From Dehalococcoidia bacterium (GTDB lineage Bacteria > Chloroflexota > Dehalococcoidia > Bin125), in the NCBI GenBank assembly GCA_963555985.3, contig OY820591.1:1536001-1600000 (forward strand): DNA of 64,000 bases, written 5' to 3'. The translations under genes and the position numbers were made by a program. Under the pieces are notes generated by a model. It saw nothing but the letters and a program-made list of their open reading frames with translations, was not told the origin of the DNA and did no database searches. Positions 29,287 through 39,411 of this stretch are shown here, piece after piece (position 1 is the first letter of the stretch; each line of letters opens with the position of its first letter).

Positions 29287-30095
29287 GCCAGCGAGGACCG
29301 CAACGACGGCGGCGGCGACGCCCGCGACGCCCGGTTGGCTCGTCCGGCGAGTCCGAAGTCGGCGGGCGTCCAGCTGCCGCTGAGTCCGGCGACTCCGAGG
29401 GCGAGGCCCGAGGGCCAGGTGGCGGCCGCAGGCGCGGAGGTGAACAGGCCCAAGCGCAACAGCCCCCCCGGCGCACGCTCTTCGGAATGCCCCGCATGTC
29501 GGTCGCGCTCTTGGGCGGTCTGCTGGTGGCTATGATCGCCGTCTTTGCCATGCAGTTGATCTTCCCGCCGGAGGAAGTCGTCGACGTCGAAGGTGTAACC
29601 ATCTTCCCCGACCAGGGACGCCGCCACCTCGCCGAAGGCGAGTCGTTCGACGACTACAACTCGTTCCCCCCGACCTCCGGCCCACAGCCTGCCCAAGGAG
29701 CCGAGGTCAAGATCTGGTTGCCCGATGATGAGGACATTCCCGCGCCTGCGCAAATGCTCCCCCTACTCGAACGCGGTGGCATCGTGATCTATTACGACCC
29801 GGACGTGTACGAAGACGCCGACGACGCAACCGGCTTGCTCGGCGCGATGCAGAGCTTGCGTCAGTTCCGTGAGCGCCTCGCCGCGGTTCCCATTGAAGGA
29901 CTCGCAGACAGTCGTGATGACGGTGCCACGATCGTGGTGGTCGCCTGGCGCACGATGCTCCCGATCGCCTCATGGGATGCCGATGGCGACACACAGCTGG
30001 GCGGATTCATGCAGAACGCGCCCGAGGGATACTACGACCGCTATCGGCTCGAACGTGACGGGACGACCGTTTCGGCGGCGAGTGCGGACGAGTAG
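29283..30095 (+). CDS. DUF3105-like membrane-anchored protein
   Basis: Basic N-terminus, TM helix, DQGRRH, YNSFPPTSGP, LERGGIVIYY, VAW. Confidence 0.75.
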   Translation: MSQRGPQRRRRRRPRRPVGSSGESEVGGRPAAAESGDSEGEARGPGGGRRRGGEQAQAQQPPRRTLFGMPRMSVALLGGLLVAMIAVFAMQLIFPPEEVVDVEGVTIFPDQGRRHLAEGESFDDYNSFPPTSGPQPAQGAEVKIWLPDDEDIPAPAQMLPLLERGGIVIYYDPDVYEDADDATGLLGAMQSLRQFRERLAAVPIEGLADSRDDGATIVVVAWRTMLPIASWDADGDTQLGGFMQNAPEGYYDRYRLERDGTTVSAASADE

Positions 30096-30098
30096 CAG

Positions 30099-30644
30099 AT
30101 GCCACTCAGATCGATCGCGGTTGGATTGCTGATTGCGCTGGCGGGAATCTTCTTGGCCTGCGGCGGCTCAGGCAGCGATTTGGCGGAAGATCCACGCCTG
30201 GAGCTGTACGACGACGAACTGACCACGGAAGGCCAACGACATCTGCCGCCGACAGTCACCGTTCCCTACCCGACGATCCCGCCCTACGGCGGGCCGCACG
30301 ACTCCATCCCCACTCCCTGCGGCATCCTCAGCGCCACCCCAAGATTCGAGAATGTGGTGCATGCGCTTGAGCACGGAGCGGTCGTCTTCTGGTACTCCCC
30401 CCATGAACTTGACCCAGAATCCACTGACGGACTGATCGCGATCGCCGCTGACCTGCTCGAAGACGGCCACTACGTGATCGTCGCGCCCTACGGCGCGCTG
30501 GGGCATCCCCTGGTGCTGGTGAGTTGGGGCGAGCGCATGGCCTTGGAACAGCTGGAGCAGGAGACAATCGCCGCATACATCGACGCTTTCCATGACGACG
30601 CCCCCGAACCGCTCGCCGCGGGCGGTTGTCAGACCGCGCTCTAG
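30099..30644 (+). CDS. DUF3105-like lipoprotein
   Basis: Lipobox FLAC; PPYGGPH, VHALEHGAVV, APE. Confidence 0.8.
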   Translation: MPLRSIAVGLLIALAGIFLACGGSGSDLAEDPRLELYDDELTTEGQRHLPPTVTVPYPTIPPYGGPHDSIPTPCGILSATPRFENVVHALEHGAVVFWYSPHELDPESTDGLIAIAADLLEDGHYVIVAPYGALGHPLVLVSWGERMALEQLEQETIAAYIDAFHDDAPEPLAAGGCQTAL

Positions 30645-30653
30645 ACTCTCTCC

Positions 30654-32114
30654 GTGAGCCAATCGCAGCATCCCCTCGAACCGATCTTCTCGCCGCGCGG
30701 GGTGGCGGTAGTAGGCGCGTCTCGCGGTCAGCGCGGAGCGAGAGGGCCCGGCGGCTGGATCGAATCGCTCAAAGACGCCGGTCAACCCAACATCTATCCC
30801 GTCAATCCAAAAGCCGCCGCCGAAGGTCTGGCGATCGGCGGCTATCCCGCTTACGCGCGGCTGATCGATATTCCCGGCCCGGTCGATCATGTCATCTCCG
30901 CAATCCCGGCTGCTTATGTCTTGGACATGCTGGAGGACGCCGCAACCGCCGGTGTGCGCAGCATCCACCTCTTCACCGCCGGATTCGCGGAGACCGGGCT
31001 TGCCGAACGGAGCGAGTTGCAGCACCAGCTCAAGTCCCGCGCCGCCGAACTAGGCATCCGACTGATCGGCCCCAACTGCATGGGCCTCTACGTTCCCGAC
31101 GGCAACGTCTCCTTTTCCCAGCAACTGCCGACCGATTCCGGCCCAGTCGCCTTCTTCTCCCAGTCCGGTACCAACGCCAGCGACGCCACCTACAACGGCG
31201 CCCTGCGCGGTCTGCGCTTCTCGAAAGTCGTCTCCTTTGGCAACGCGATCGACGTCTCCGCCGCCGAACTGATCGAATATGCCCACTGCGACCCCGAAAC
31301 TGAGATCATCGGCGCCTACATCGAAGGCATGACCGACGCGCGCGACTTCTTCCGCTCGCTGCGAGCCGCGGCGCGAGACAAGCCGGTCGCCCTGCTCAAA
31401 GGCGGACTGCTGCCCTCCGGCAGTCGCGCCACCCAATCGCACACGGCCAGCCTCGCCGGATCCGGGCAGATCTGGTCTGCCGCCGCACGCCAGGCAAACG
31501 CCGTCCTGGTCCACAACATGCAGGAGATGGTCGACCTGCTCGTCGGCTGGAGATTCGGAGCTGTCCCCGCCGGACCGCGAATCGGACTCGTCGTCGGCGG
31601 AGGCGGCATCTCGGTCCAGGGCGCCGACGATGTCGAACGCGAAGGCCTGCAACTGCCGCCGCTGAGCGAAGCGACTTTGAGTCGCCTGGCCGAGGTCACG
31701 CCCGTCGCGGGCACGGGCATCCGCAATCCCGTCGACACGATGTCGCTCTGGGATGGCAAGAGAATCCGCCCGACGCTCGAAGCCGTCGCCGAAGATCCGA
31801 GCATCGACGCGATCATCGTGCAAGTCGGCATGAACTGGGGAGTCGGGTTCTTCGGAGACGACCAGATTGAAAACCGGCGCAGGATGATCGCCGAAATCAA
31901 CGAAGCCCGCCAACGACACGGGATCGCGATCGCGATGGTCGTCCCGATCAGCATCGATCACCGCCACGGCCAGTCCAACGCGGCGCTGGCGAGAATGATC
32001 TCCGACTCCGGCCTACCGCTCTACTACAACATCCGCGACGCCGCCCGCGCCATGCGGCGCCTCCTCACCTGGAACACCCGCAGAACCGAGAGAGCCGAAA
32101 GAGCACAGTCATGA
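30654..32114 (+). CDS. Acyl-CoA ligase (ADP-forming) alpha-subunit-like CoA-binding protein
   Basis: VAVVGAS, YPVNP, AGFAE, IGPNCMG, SQSG, SHTASLAG, NPVD. Confidence 0.9.
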   Translation: MSQSQHPLEPIFSPRGVAVVGASRGQRGARGPGGWIESLKDAGQPNIYPVNPKAAAEGLAIGGYPAYARLIDIPGPVDHVISAIPAAYVLDMLEDAATAGVRSIHLFTAGFAETGLAERSELQHQLKSRAAELGIRLIGPNCMGLYVPDGNVSFSQQLPTDSGPVAFFSQSGTNASDATYNGALRGLRFSKVVSFGNAIDVSAAELIEYAHCDPETEIIGAYIEGMTDARDFFRSLRAAARDKPVALLKGGLLPSGSRATQSHTASLAGSGQIWSAAARQANAVLVHNMQEMVDLLVGWRFGAVPAGPRIGLVVGGGGISVQGADDVEREGLQLPPLSEATLSRLAEVTPVAGTGIRNPVDTMSLWDGKRIRPTLEAVAEDPSIDAIIVQVGMNWGVGFFGDDQIENRRRMIAEINEARQRHGIAIAMVVPISIDHRHGQSNAALARMISDSGLPLYYNIRDAARAMRRLLTWNTRRTERAERAQS

Positions 32115-32737
32115 GCAACCAGACCACCGACATCTACGAGGTCATGCAGACCCAGCGCGCCATCCGCCGCTGGACCGACGAACCCGTCGATCCCGAAGTG
32201 ATCGAGCGCATCATCCAAGCCGGCTGCTGGGCGCCCAGCGGCAGCAACTCCCAGCCTTGGGGTTTCCTTGTCGTCACCGACGACGGCATCCGCGAGCGTC
32301 TCGCCACCGTCATCCGCGAGATGTTCAGCTCCCGATTCGGCGGCGACATGCCCAATCCCGACGACATCCCCGATCCCACCACCCGCCGCATGATGCGAGG
32401 CGCGTTCAACCTCTTCGACAACTTCGCCGCCGCCCCCGTCTGGATCATCCCCTGCCTCGTCCGCGTCCAGTCGCCCGCGCCGGAGGGGCTGCTCGCCGGC
32501 AGCAGCATCTACCCCAGCATCCAGAACATCATGCTCGCCGCCCGCGCCGAGGGCCTCGGTACCGTCCTCACCACCCCGCAGGACGGCATCATGGCCGAAC
32601 TCCGCGAAGAACTCAACATCCCCGACAACGCAACCCCCGTCGCCATCATCCCCATGGGCCATCCCAATGCCAACTTCGGCCCCGTCACCCGCAAGCCGCT
32701 CTCCGAGTTCCTCCACTGGAACGCCTGGAACGACTAA
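32111..32737 (+). CDS. Nitroreductase-family protein
   Basis: TQRAIRR, APSGSNSQPW, SIYPSIQN.MLAARAEGLG. Confidence 0.92.
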   Translation: MSNQTTDIYEVMQTQRAIRRWTDEPVDPEVIERIIQAGCWAPSGSNSQPWGFLVVTDDGIRERLATVIREMFSSRFGGDMPNPDDIPDPTTRRMMRGAFNLFDNFAAAPVWIIPCLVRVQSPAPEGLLAGSSIYPSIQNIMLAARAEGLGTVLTTPQDGIMAELREELNIPDNATPVAIIPMGHPNANFGPVTRKPLSEFLHWNAWND

Positions 32738-32783
32738 CTCCCACTTGACTCCGGCGCGACCTCGACGCAAACTGATCTAGGAT

Positions 32784-32795
32784 GAACATATGGTC
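32784..32795. promoter_or_regulatory. LexA-like box (1 mismatch)
   Basis: GAAC-ATAT-GGTC in an AT-richer gap upstream of a DNA glycosylase. Confidence 0.35.
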
Positions 32796-32935
32796 TCTAT
32801 TGATCAGAACGCGCCTGCAATAAACACATTGACAACCGCCCCGAGCCAGCGCCGGGCCTCTGTCCAGTCCGCTTCGTCGCCCCTCCGCGATCGCCCAACC
32901 AGGTGCCGACTGCCGCGCGCCAAGCCCGTACACAG

Positions 32936-32996
32936 TCGAACAACGCCGAACAACCAAGACTTACCAGGACTTACCAAACCTAACCACCCTGACCAC
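32936..32996. repeat. Degenerate 10-bp tandem repeats
   Basis: tcgaacaacg/ccgaacaacc; acttaccagg/acttaccaaa/cctaaccacc/ctgaccac. Confidence 0.6.
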
Positions 32997-33127
32997 ACGA
33001 TTCCCCGTGTTTTACTGGAGATCGTGCTCGGCGAGGCTCCGGAAAAATTTCTCCCTAACCACCTGATCATCCAGAAACTCCTCCGCCCCCCGAACAACCC
33101 GAACAGCAGGAACGAGTAGCCAACGCC

Positions 33128-33775
33128 ATGTCGTCCGTCCGACGCAAGTTCTCGATCCGCAAGGCCTCCGCCCACCTGCGTGAGGCGGATCCGATCCTCG
33201 CCCGCCTGATCGACGAGCATGGACAGTACGAACCACGCCCTTCCAACGATCCCTGGTCGGCGCTCGTCCGATCGATCCTCTTCCAGCAACTCGCCGGCGC
33301 GGCGGCGTCGGCGATCCAGCGCAAATGGTTCGGCTTCTACGGCGACGAGCAGACCACACCGACGCCGGAACAGATTCTGGCCACATCGGACGAGGACTTC
33401 CGCGCCTGCGGCATCTCGCGCCAGAAGATGTCCTACTTCCGCGACCTCGCCCTGCACACCTCCGACGGCCGGCTCAAGCTCTCGCGCCTCAATCGCTTGT
33501 CCGACGACGACGTGACCACAGCCCTCACCCAAGTCAAGGGCATCGGCGAGTGGACCGCGCATATGCATCTAATGTTTCACCTCGGCCGCCCCGACATCCT
33601 GCCCGTCGGCGACCTCGGCGTGCGCAAAGGGATGCAGCTTGCCTACAGCCTGGCCGAGATGCCGACGCCCAAAGAAGCCATCGCGATCGGCGCAAAGTGG
33701 GCGCCCTACCGCTCCGTCGGCAGCTGGTACATGTGGCGCGCCGCCGACACGTTCACGCCCGAACAGTCTCTGTAA
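33128..33775 (+). CDS. DNA-3-methyladenine glycosylase II (AlkA/HhH-GPD family)
   Basis: SILFQQL, LTQVKGIGEWTA, PVGDLGV, W.PYRS. Confidence 0.92.
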   Translation: MSSVRRKFSIRKASAHLREADPILARLIDEHGQYEPRPSNDPWSALVRSILFQQLAGAAASAIQRKWFGFYGDEQTTPTPEQILATSDEDFRACGISRQKMSYFRDLALHTSDGRLKLSRLNRLSDDDVTTALTQVKGIGEWTAHMHLMFHLGRPDILPVGDLGVRKGMQLAYSLAEMPTPKEAIAIGAKWAPYRSVGSWYMWRAADTFTPEQSL

Positions 33776-33786
33776 GGAGTCCGAAC

Positions 33787-34719
33787 ATGCCCGATTCATC
33801 GCGCGACCAGCTCATCGGCTTCATCGGGACGGGCAACATCGGCAACCCGATGGCTCGAAACCTGATCGAGGCCGGGCATCAGCTCGTAGTCTTCGACCTC
33901 CGCCCCGAAGTGATGGAGAACCTGCTCGAGCTCGGCGCGGAGTCCGCCGGCAGCAGCGCCGAAGTCGCGTCCCGATGCTCCATCGTCTTCACCTCACTGC
34001 CCGGTCCACCGGAGGTCGACGCCGCGATCAATAGCCCTGACGGAATTCTCGCGGGCGCGCAGCGTGGTGATATCCACGTTGACCTCAGCAGCAACTCGAT
34101 CACGGTCGTCAAGCGTCTCGCGCAGCAGGAAGCTGATGCGGGCGTGGCCTACATCGACGCCCCGGTCACAGGCGGCGTACCCGGCGCGGAAGCGGGCACG
34201 CTGACCGTGCTCGGCAGCGGCGACGAAGAGGCCTTCGAGCAAGTGCGTCCGCTGTTGGAGGCGATTGGCTCGAACATCTTCCATCTCGGCGAAGCAGGCG
34301 CGGGCTGTCTCTTCAAGCTGCTCAACAACGTCATCATCCTCTGCGGCAACCAGATCGTGCAGGAAGCCCTGGTCCTGGGCACCAAGGCGGGGCTCGATCC
34401 CGAAGACCTAGTGGACAAGCTCCGGTTGGGCACGGCGCGACCGTACATGGGACTCGCCCCCTACCTGCTCGGCAAGCGCTTCGACAATCCTTCCTTCACC
34501 CTGCGCCTGGCCGAAAAGGACGTCTCGCTTGCCCTCGAAGCCGCCCGCGCCAACCAGGTGCCGATGCCCGTCGCCAACGCCGCCCACCAGACCTACCTTC
34601 GAGCCCTCAGCGCCGATCTCGGAGAACAGTCCTTCCTCGCCACCCTCCAAGCACTCGAAGCCGCAGCCGGCTCGGAAATCCCCACCATCCAAATCGAAGG
34701 CGGCCGCGACTCGCTCTAA
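33787..34719 (+). CDS. NAD(P)-dependent beta-hydroxyacid dehydrogenase (MmsB-like)
   Basis: GFIGTGNIG.PM, DAPVTGG, KLLNN, KD; RBS AAGGAG. Confidence 0.92.
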   Translation: MPDSSRDQLIGFIGTGNIGNPMARNLIEAGHQLVVFDLRPEVMENLLELGAESAGSSAEVASRCSIVFTSLPGPPEVDAAINSPDGILAGAQRGDIHVDLSSNSITVVKRLAQQEADAGVAYIDAPVTGGVPGAEAGTLTVLGSGDEEAFEQVRPLLEAIGSNIFHLGEAGAGCLFKLLNNVIILCGNQIVQEALVLGTKAGLDPEDLVDKLRLGTARPYMGLAPYLLGKRFDNPSFTLRLAEKDVSLALEAARANQVPMPVANAAHQTYLRALSADLGEQSFLATLQALEAAAGSEIPTIQIEGGRDSL

Positions 34720-34741
34720 CTGAAGCTCGTCCCCGCTCCAC

Positions 34742-34876
34742 GGAGGCCTTTGCAAAACCCCCATTTCCGTCATTCCCGCGAACGCGGGAATCCATGCGGC
34801 GTATCGAGTGGGATGTAGATTCTCGCGTTCGCAAGAATGGCGAAACGCTCAGATCGGGGATTCTGCAAAGGCCTCC
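34742..34876. mobile_element. 135-bp MITE/REP-doublet, copy 2
   Basis: Perfect 13-bp TIR GGAGGCCTTTGCA; TCCAC direct repeat at 34737-34741 and 34877-34881; internal gtcattcccgcgaacgcgggaatcc. Confidence 0.85.
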
Positions 34877-34912
34877 TCCACGCGGGGACCCGTCTGAACG
34901 GAGACACGTTCC

Positions 34913-35833
34913 ATGCCCGACTCAACCCGCGATCAATACATCGGCTTCATCGGAACCGGCAACATCGGCAATCCGATGGCGCGTCAGTTGATCAGAGGCG
35001 GGCATCAGTTGATCGTCTACGACCTGCGCCCCGAGGCGATCGAGAATCTGCTCGAACTCGGCGCCGAACCCGCCGCCAGCCCGTCCGAGGTCGCATCGCG
35101 CTGTTCAGTCGTTTTCACCTCGCTCCCTGGCCCGCCTCAGATCGAGGCGGCCACAGCCGGCCCCGGCGGCATCCTCACCGGAGCCTCGCCCGGAGACATC
35201 CACGTCGACCTCAGCACGAACTCGCTCAAAGGCGTCCAACGAATGCTGGCGCTCGAAGCCGATGCCGGCGTCGTACACATCGATGCCCCCGTCACCGGCG
35301 GCGTCGTCCGAGCTGGTCAGGGCACGCTGACCGTCTACGGCAGCGGAGACGCCGAGACATTCGAGCGCGTTCGCCCGCTCCTTGAACACATCGGCGCGAA
35401 CGTGTTCCACCTCGGCGAGGCCGGCATGGGCTGCCTCTACAAGCTGGTCAACAACGTGATCGTGTTGAGCGGCCACATGATTGTGCATGAGGCGTTGGTG
35501 CTAGGAGCCAAGGCGGGGTTAGATATGCGCGACCTGGTCGAGAAGCTTCGACTCGGTACCGCGCGACCGTACATGTTCATGGTCGATGAGTTGCTGGCCA
35601 AGCAATGGGAGAACCCCACCTCTCAGGGCTTCATCGCAGAGAAAGACCTTGCGCTCGCGTTGGAACTGGCGCGCGACACTCAAGTCCCGATGCCGGTCGC
35701 CAACGCCGTCCATCAAACGTATCTGGCAATGCTGGCTGCGGGTTTCGGCGAGCTGCATCATTACTCCGCGCAGAACGTTCTCGAGGCGGCGGCCGGAATC
35801 GAGATCCCCGCGATGGAGTTGCAGGACGAGTGA
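34913..35833 (+). CDS. NAD(P)-dependent beta-hydroxyacid dehydrogenase, tandem paralog
   Basis: Near-identical N-terminus to 33787..34719 (MPDS.RDQ.IGFIGTGNIGNPMAR). Confidence 0.92.
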   Translation: MPDSTRDQYIGFIGTGNIGNPMARQLIRGGHQLIVYDLRPEAIENLLELGAEPAASPSEVASRCSVVFTSLPGPPQIEAATAGPGGILTGASPGDIHVDLSTNSLKGVQRMLALEADAGVVHIDAPVTGGVVRAGQGTLTVYGSGDAETFERVRPLLEHIGANVFHLGEAGMGCLYKLVNNVIVLSGHMIVHEALVLGAKAGLDMRDLVEKLRLGTARPYMFMVDELLAKQWENPTSQGFIAEKDLALALELARDTQVPMPVANAVHQTYLAMLAAGFGELHHYSAQNVLEAAAGIEIPAMELQDE

Positions 35834-35870
35834 GCCCCTTGTCGAAATCCCCGATCAGCTCAACGGCGCC

Positions 35871-37394
35871 CTACCAAGCATCCACAGGGTGCTTCTTCAC
35901 CGCCGGCAACGGCGCACGCGGCGTCATCCGCAGCATCGCGATCAGCCGCTCCCGCGTCTCTTCCGGCGCAATCACGTCGTCAAAGTCGTAACGCTTACCC
36001 GCATTGATCGCGGAATTCCGCTCGCGCATCTCCGCCGCCCACTCGTCCCGCATTCGCTTCGCCTCAGCCGGATCCTCGCGCTCGACCTCCCGAATCCGAT
36101 CACGATTGACTAACAGCGACGCGCCCTCAAGACCCATCCCGCCAGACTCCGCCGTCGGCCAGGCCAGCTTCAGATCGCGATTGGCGTAGCTGTTCCCCAT
36201 CGCCGCCGGACCGAGACCGTACGCCTTGCGCAGCTGAATCGTGTACAGCGGAACCGTCCGATGCTGATGCGCAATGATCGGCCGCGCATGGTGCCGCGCG
36301 ATCCCCGCCTCCTCCGCCGGCCTGCCGACCATGTAGCCGGGGTTGTCGATGAACGACACCATCGGAAGCTCATACGCATCGCAGAGCTGGATGAATCGCG
36401 CGATCTTGTCCGATGCGTCCGAGTCAATCGCCCCCGCAATCCGCGACAGCGGCTGATTCGCAATGATCCCAACCGAACGCCCGCCCAGCCGCGCCAGCGC
36501 CGTGATCAGCTGCGGAGCCCAGCTCGGACGCAGCTCGAACAGCGTGCCGCGATCCATCACCGCCCGCAGCACCTTGAGCATGTTGTAAGCCCGCCGGCGG
36601 TTAGAAGGCACGATCCCGCGAATGCGCTCAGCGCTGGGGTCGATCTCCCCATCCGCCAGGTCGTACAGGAAGTAGCGCAGATATCGACCGGCCGCGCCGA
36701 TCGCCTCAGCCTCCGTCTCAACCATCAGATCGATCCCGCCGACCCGATCATGCATCTCCGCCGGCCCAATCTCGTCCGGCGTGAGCTTCAGACCCATCGC
36801 TCCCTCAACTAGCGGCGGACCACCCATCCCGATCGCCGAATCGCGAGTCGCCACGATGAAGTCCGACAGCCCCGCAATCGAGGCGTTGCCCGCAAACGAC
36901 CGCCCCGAAACGACCGAGACCGTCGGTACCCACCCCGAGAGCTGAGCCATCCCGTCGAACGTCCCCCAGCGCCCCGTCAGTCCCATCCGCGACCCACCCA
37001 AATCATGCGCTCGCGCGCCGCCCCCGTCCGCGAAAGTAATCAGCGGCCAGCGCCGCTCATAGACCAACTCAATCAAGCGGTCGAACTTCCCGTGATTCAG
37101 CGCCGTCTGCGTCCCGCCGGCCACGGTGTAGTCATACGACGCAATCGCGACCGGATGACCCTCAATCGTCCCGAAACCCTGCACCAGCCCGTCCGCAGGC
37201 CCCTCGAACGCCTTGTTGCTCGGTACCGCGAGCGCGCCGTACTCAACGAAACTGTCCTCGTCGAGCATCATCGCGATTCGCTCACGCGCAGTGAACTTCC
37301 CCCTCGCGTGGACTCTCGCCGCCGCATCCGGGCGCGCCTCATCCATCGCGCCGGCGCGCGCTTCCAAGACCTCATTGATGATCGCTTCGTCCAT
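35871..37394 (-). CDS. Acyl-CoA carboxylase carboxyltransferase subunit
   Basis: GKFTARERI, DYTVAGGT, GGGAR, GGPPL, D.PG.MVG, RKAYG. Confidence 0.92.
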   Translation of the reverse strand: MDEAIINEVLEARAGAMDEARPDAAARVHARGKFTARERIAMMLDEDSFVEYGALAVPSNKAFEGPADGLVQGFGTIEGHPVAIASYDYTVAGGTQTALNHGKFDRLIELVYERRWPLITFADGGGARAHDLGGSRMGLTGRWGTFDGMAQLSGWVPTVSVVSGRSFAGNASIAGLSDFIVATRDSAIGMGGPPLVEGAMGLKLTPDEIGPAEMHDRVGGIDLMVETEAEAIGAAGRYLRYFLYDLADGEIDPSAERIRGIVPSNRRRAYNMLKVLRAVMDRGTLFELRPSWAPQLITALARLGGRSVGIIANQPLSRIAGAIDSDASDKIARFIQLCDAYELPMVSFIDNPGYMVGRPAEEAGIARHHARPIIAHQHRTVPLYTIQLRKAYGLGPAAMGNSYANRDLKLAWPTAESGGMGLEGASLLVNRDRIREVEREDPAEAKRMRDEWAAEMRERNSAINAGKRYDFDDVIAPEETRERLIAMLRMTPRAPLPAVKKHPVDAW

Positions 37395-37469
37395 GTCTGA
37401 GCCTCATCCGCTGGTACGCTCCGCATACGGTATCCGCCCGCATCGAGATCGCCGGTTGGGAGCAACAAA

Positions 37470-39403
37470 ATGGCCTCGGATATTGATCTGGTCGGCCCGT
37501 TGTACGTGAAATGCAGCGGCGAGCCTTGGACGAGCCGGACGCATTCTGGTCCGAGGCCGCCGCCCGGATCCCTTGGTTCCGGGAGTGGGATGAGGTGCTG
37601 GAGTGGACGCCCGGAGCTGTGCCTGCCTTCCAGTGGTTCATCGGCGGCGAGACAAACCTCTCCTATGCCTGTCTCGATGCGCAGGTGATTCAGGGTCACG
37701 GTGGACGTGCCGCCCTGATCGCGCTGGATGAGTCCGGCGCGCAGCGCGTCTTCACCTATGCCCAGTTGCTCAAGCGCGTCGAGCGCATCGCCGCGTCACT
37801 TCGAGCGATCGGCATCGAGCGCGGCGATCGCGTCGCCATCTACATGCCCACCAACTACGAAGCCATCGCCTTGATGCTCGCCTGCGCCCGGATCGGTGCC
37901 GTCCACCTCGTCATCTTCGCCGGATTCGGTGCCGGCGCCATCGCCGATCGCGTCAAGATGGCCGAGGCCAAAGCGCTCTTCATGTCCGACATCACCTACC
38001 GGCGCGGACGCGACGTGCCCCTCGATCACTTCGTCCGAGGAGCGCTCGAGAACGAAGGCGCACACGATGTGGTCGAAACGGTGGTCGTCGAACGTCGTCG
38101 CGCAGACAGTCCCGAAGTCGCCCCGGGCAAGGAGATGAGCTGGGAAGAATTCCTGGCCGCAGGCGAAGGCGGCGACGGCTCCTTTACTCCGATGGAGGCG
38201 AATGACCCCGCCTACATCTTGGCCACGTCAGGCACGACCGCGAAGCCCAAGCTCTGTGTGCACACGCACGGCGGCTACGCCGTCTGGATTTCGAGCATGG
38301 CCGAGTGGATGTTCGATCTCCGCCCCGAAGACGTCTGGTGGGCGACCTCCGACATCGGCTGGGTCGTCGGCCACTCCTACATCGTCTACGCCCCGCTCCT
38401 GGTCGGCGCGGCGACCATCGCGTTTGAAGGAGCGCTCGACTATCCCGACGTAAGCACCTTCTACAAGATCGTCGAAGATCACGGCGTGACCGGCATGTTC
38501 ACCTCGCCCACCGCGATCCGCCTCTTGATGCGATCAGGCGCTGAGGTAGCAGACGACGTCGACCTGACATCGCTCACGCGCGTGTTCTCCGCCGGCGAAG
38601 TGCTCAATCCGCCCGCCTGGGAGTGGTTCCAGCACGAGATCTTCAACGATCAGATCCCGGTCCTCGATCATATGTGGCAGACCGAGACCGGCGGTCCGAT
38701 CATCGGCAATCCCTACGGCATGCAGATGCTGCCGATCAAGCCCGGCTCGGCCGGCATTCCACTGCCCGGGATCGAAGGCATCGTGCTCTCGCCGGAGGGC
38801 GAAACGCTTGGCCCCGATGAGAAAGGCATCTTCGCAATCACGCGCCCCTTCCCCGGACTTACAGCGCGGCTCTGGGGCGAGCCGGAGCGCTACCAGACCG
38901 ACTACTGGGGCAAAGTCCCGGGCGAACAGGTCTACTTCACCGGCGACGCCACCTCGGTCGATACGGATGGGTATGTCTGGTTCTCGGGCCGCGCCGACGA
39001 GATCATCAAGATCGCCGCGCACCGAATCGGGACGATCGAGGTAGAAAGCGCCATCCTGCGCCATCCAGGCGCGGCCGAGGCTGGCGTGACCGGGCGTCCG
39101 GACGAGCTGCGAGGCGAGGTGATTTCCGCGTTCGTCGTGCTCAAAGCGGGCTACGAACCGTCCGAAGACGTCCGCCGGGAGATCTTGCAAACCGTCCGTG
39201 GCGAGCTCGGCCCCGTCGCCGTGATCGGCGAGCTGAACTTCGTCGATCATCTCCCCAAGACGCGCAGCGGGAAGATCATGCGGCGCGTGCTGAAGGCGGT
39301 GACCCTGGACACGGATCCGGGTGATATCTCGACAATTGAGGACGAAGGCTCGGTCGAGGAGGCGCATGCGGCTTGGCAGCGGATGCGCGCCGCGCTTGGC
39401 TAG
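37470..39403 (+). CDS. acs: Acetate/propionate-CoA ligase (Acs family) with apparent 1-bp frameshift near 37498
   Basis: TSGTTAKPK, WQTETGG, YFTGD, GRADE, LPKTRSGK. RBS-led ATG 37470 is out of frame with the main ORF 37511..39403. Confidence 0.88.
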
Positions 39404-39411
39404 GAGCGATC

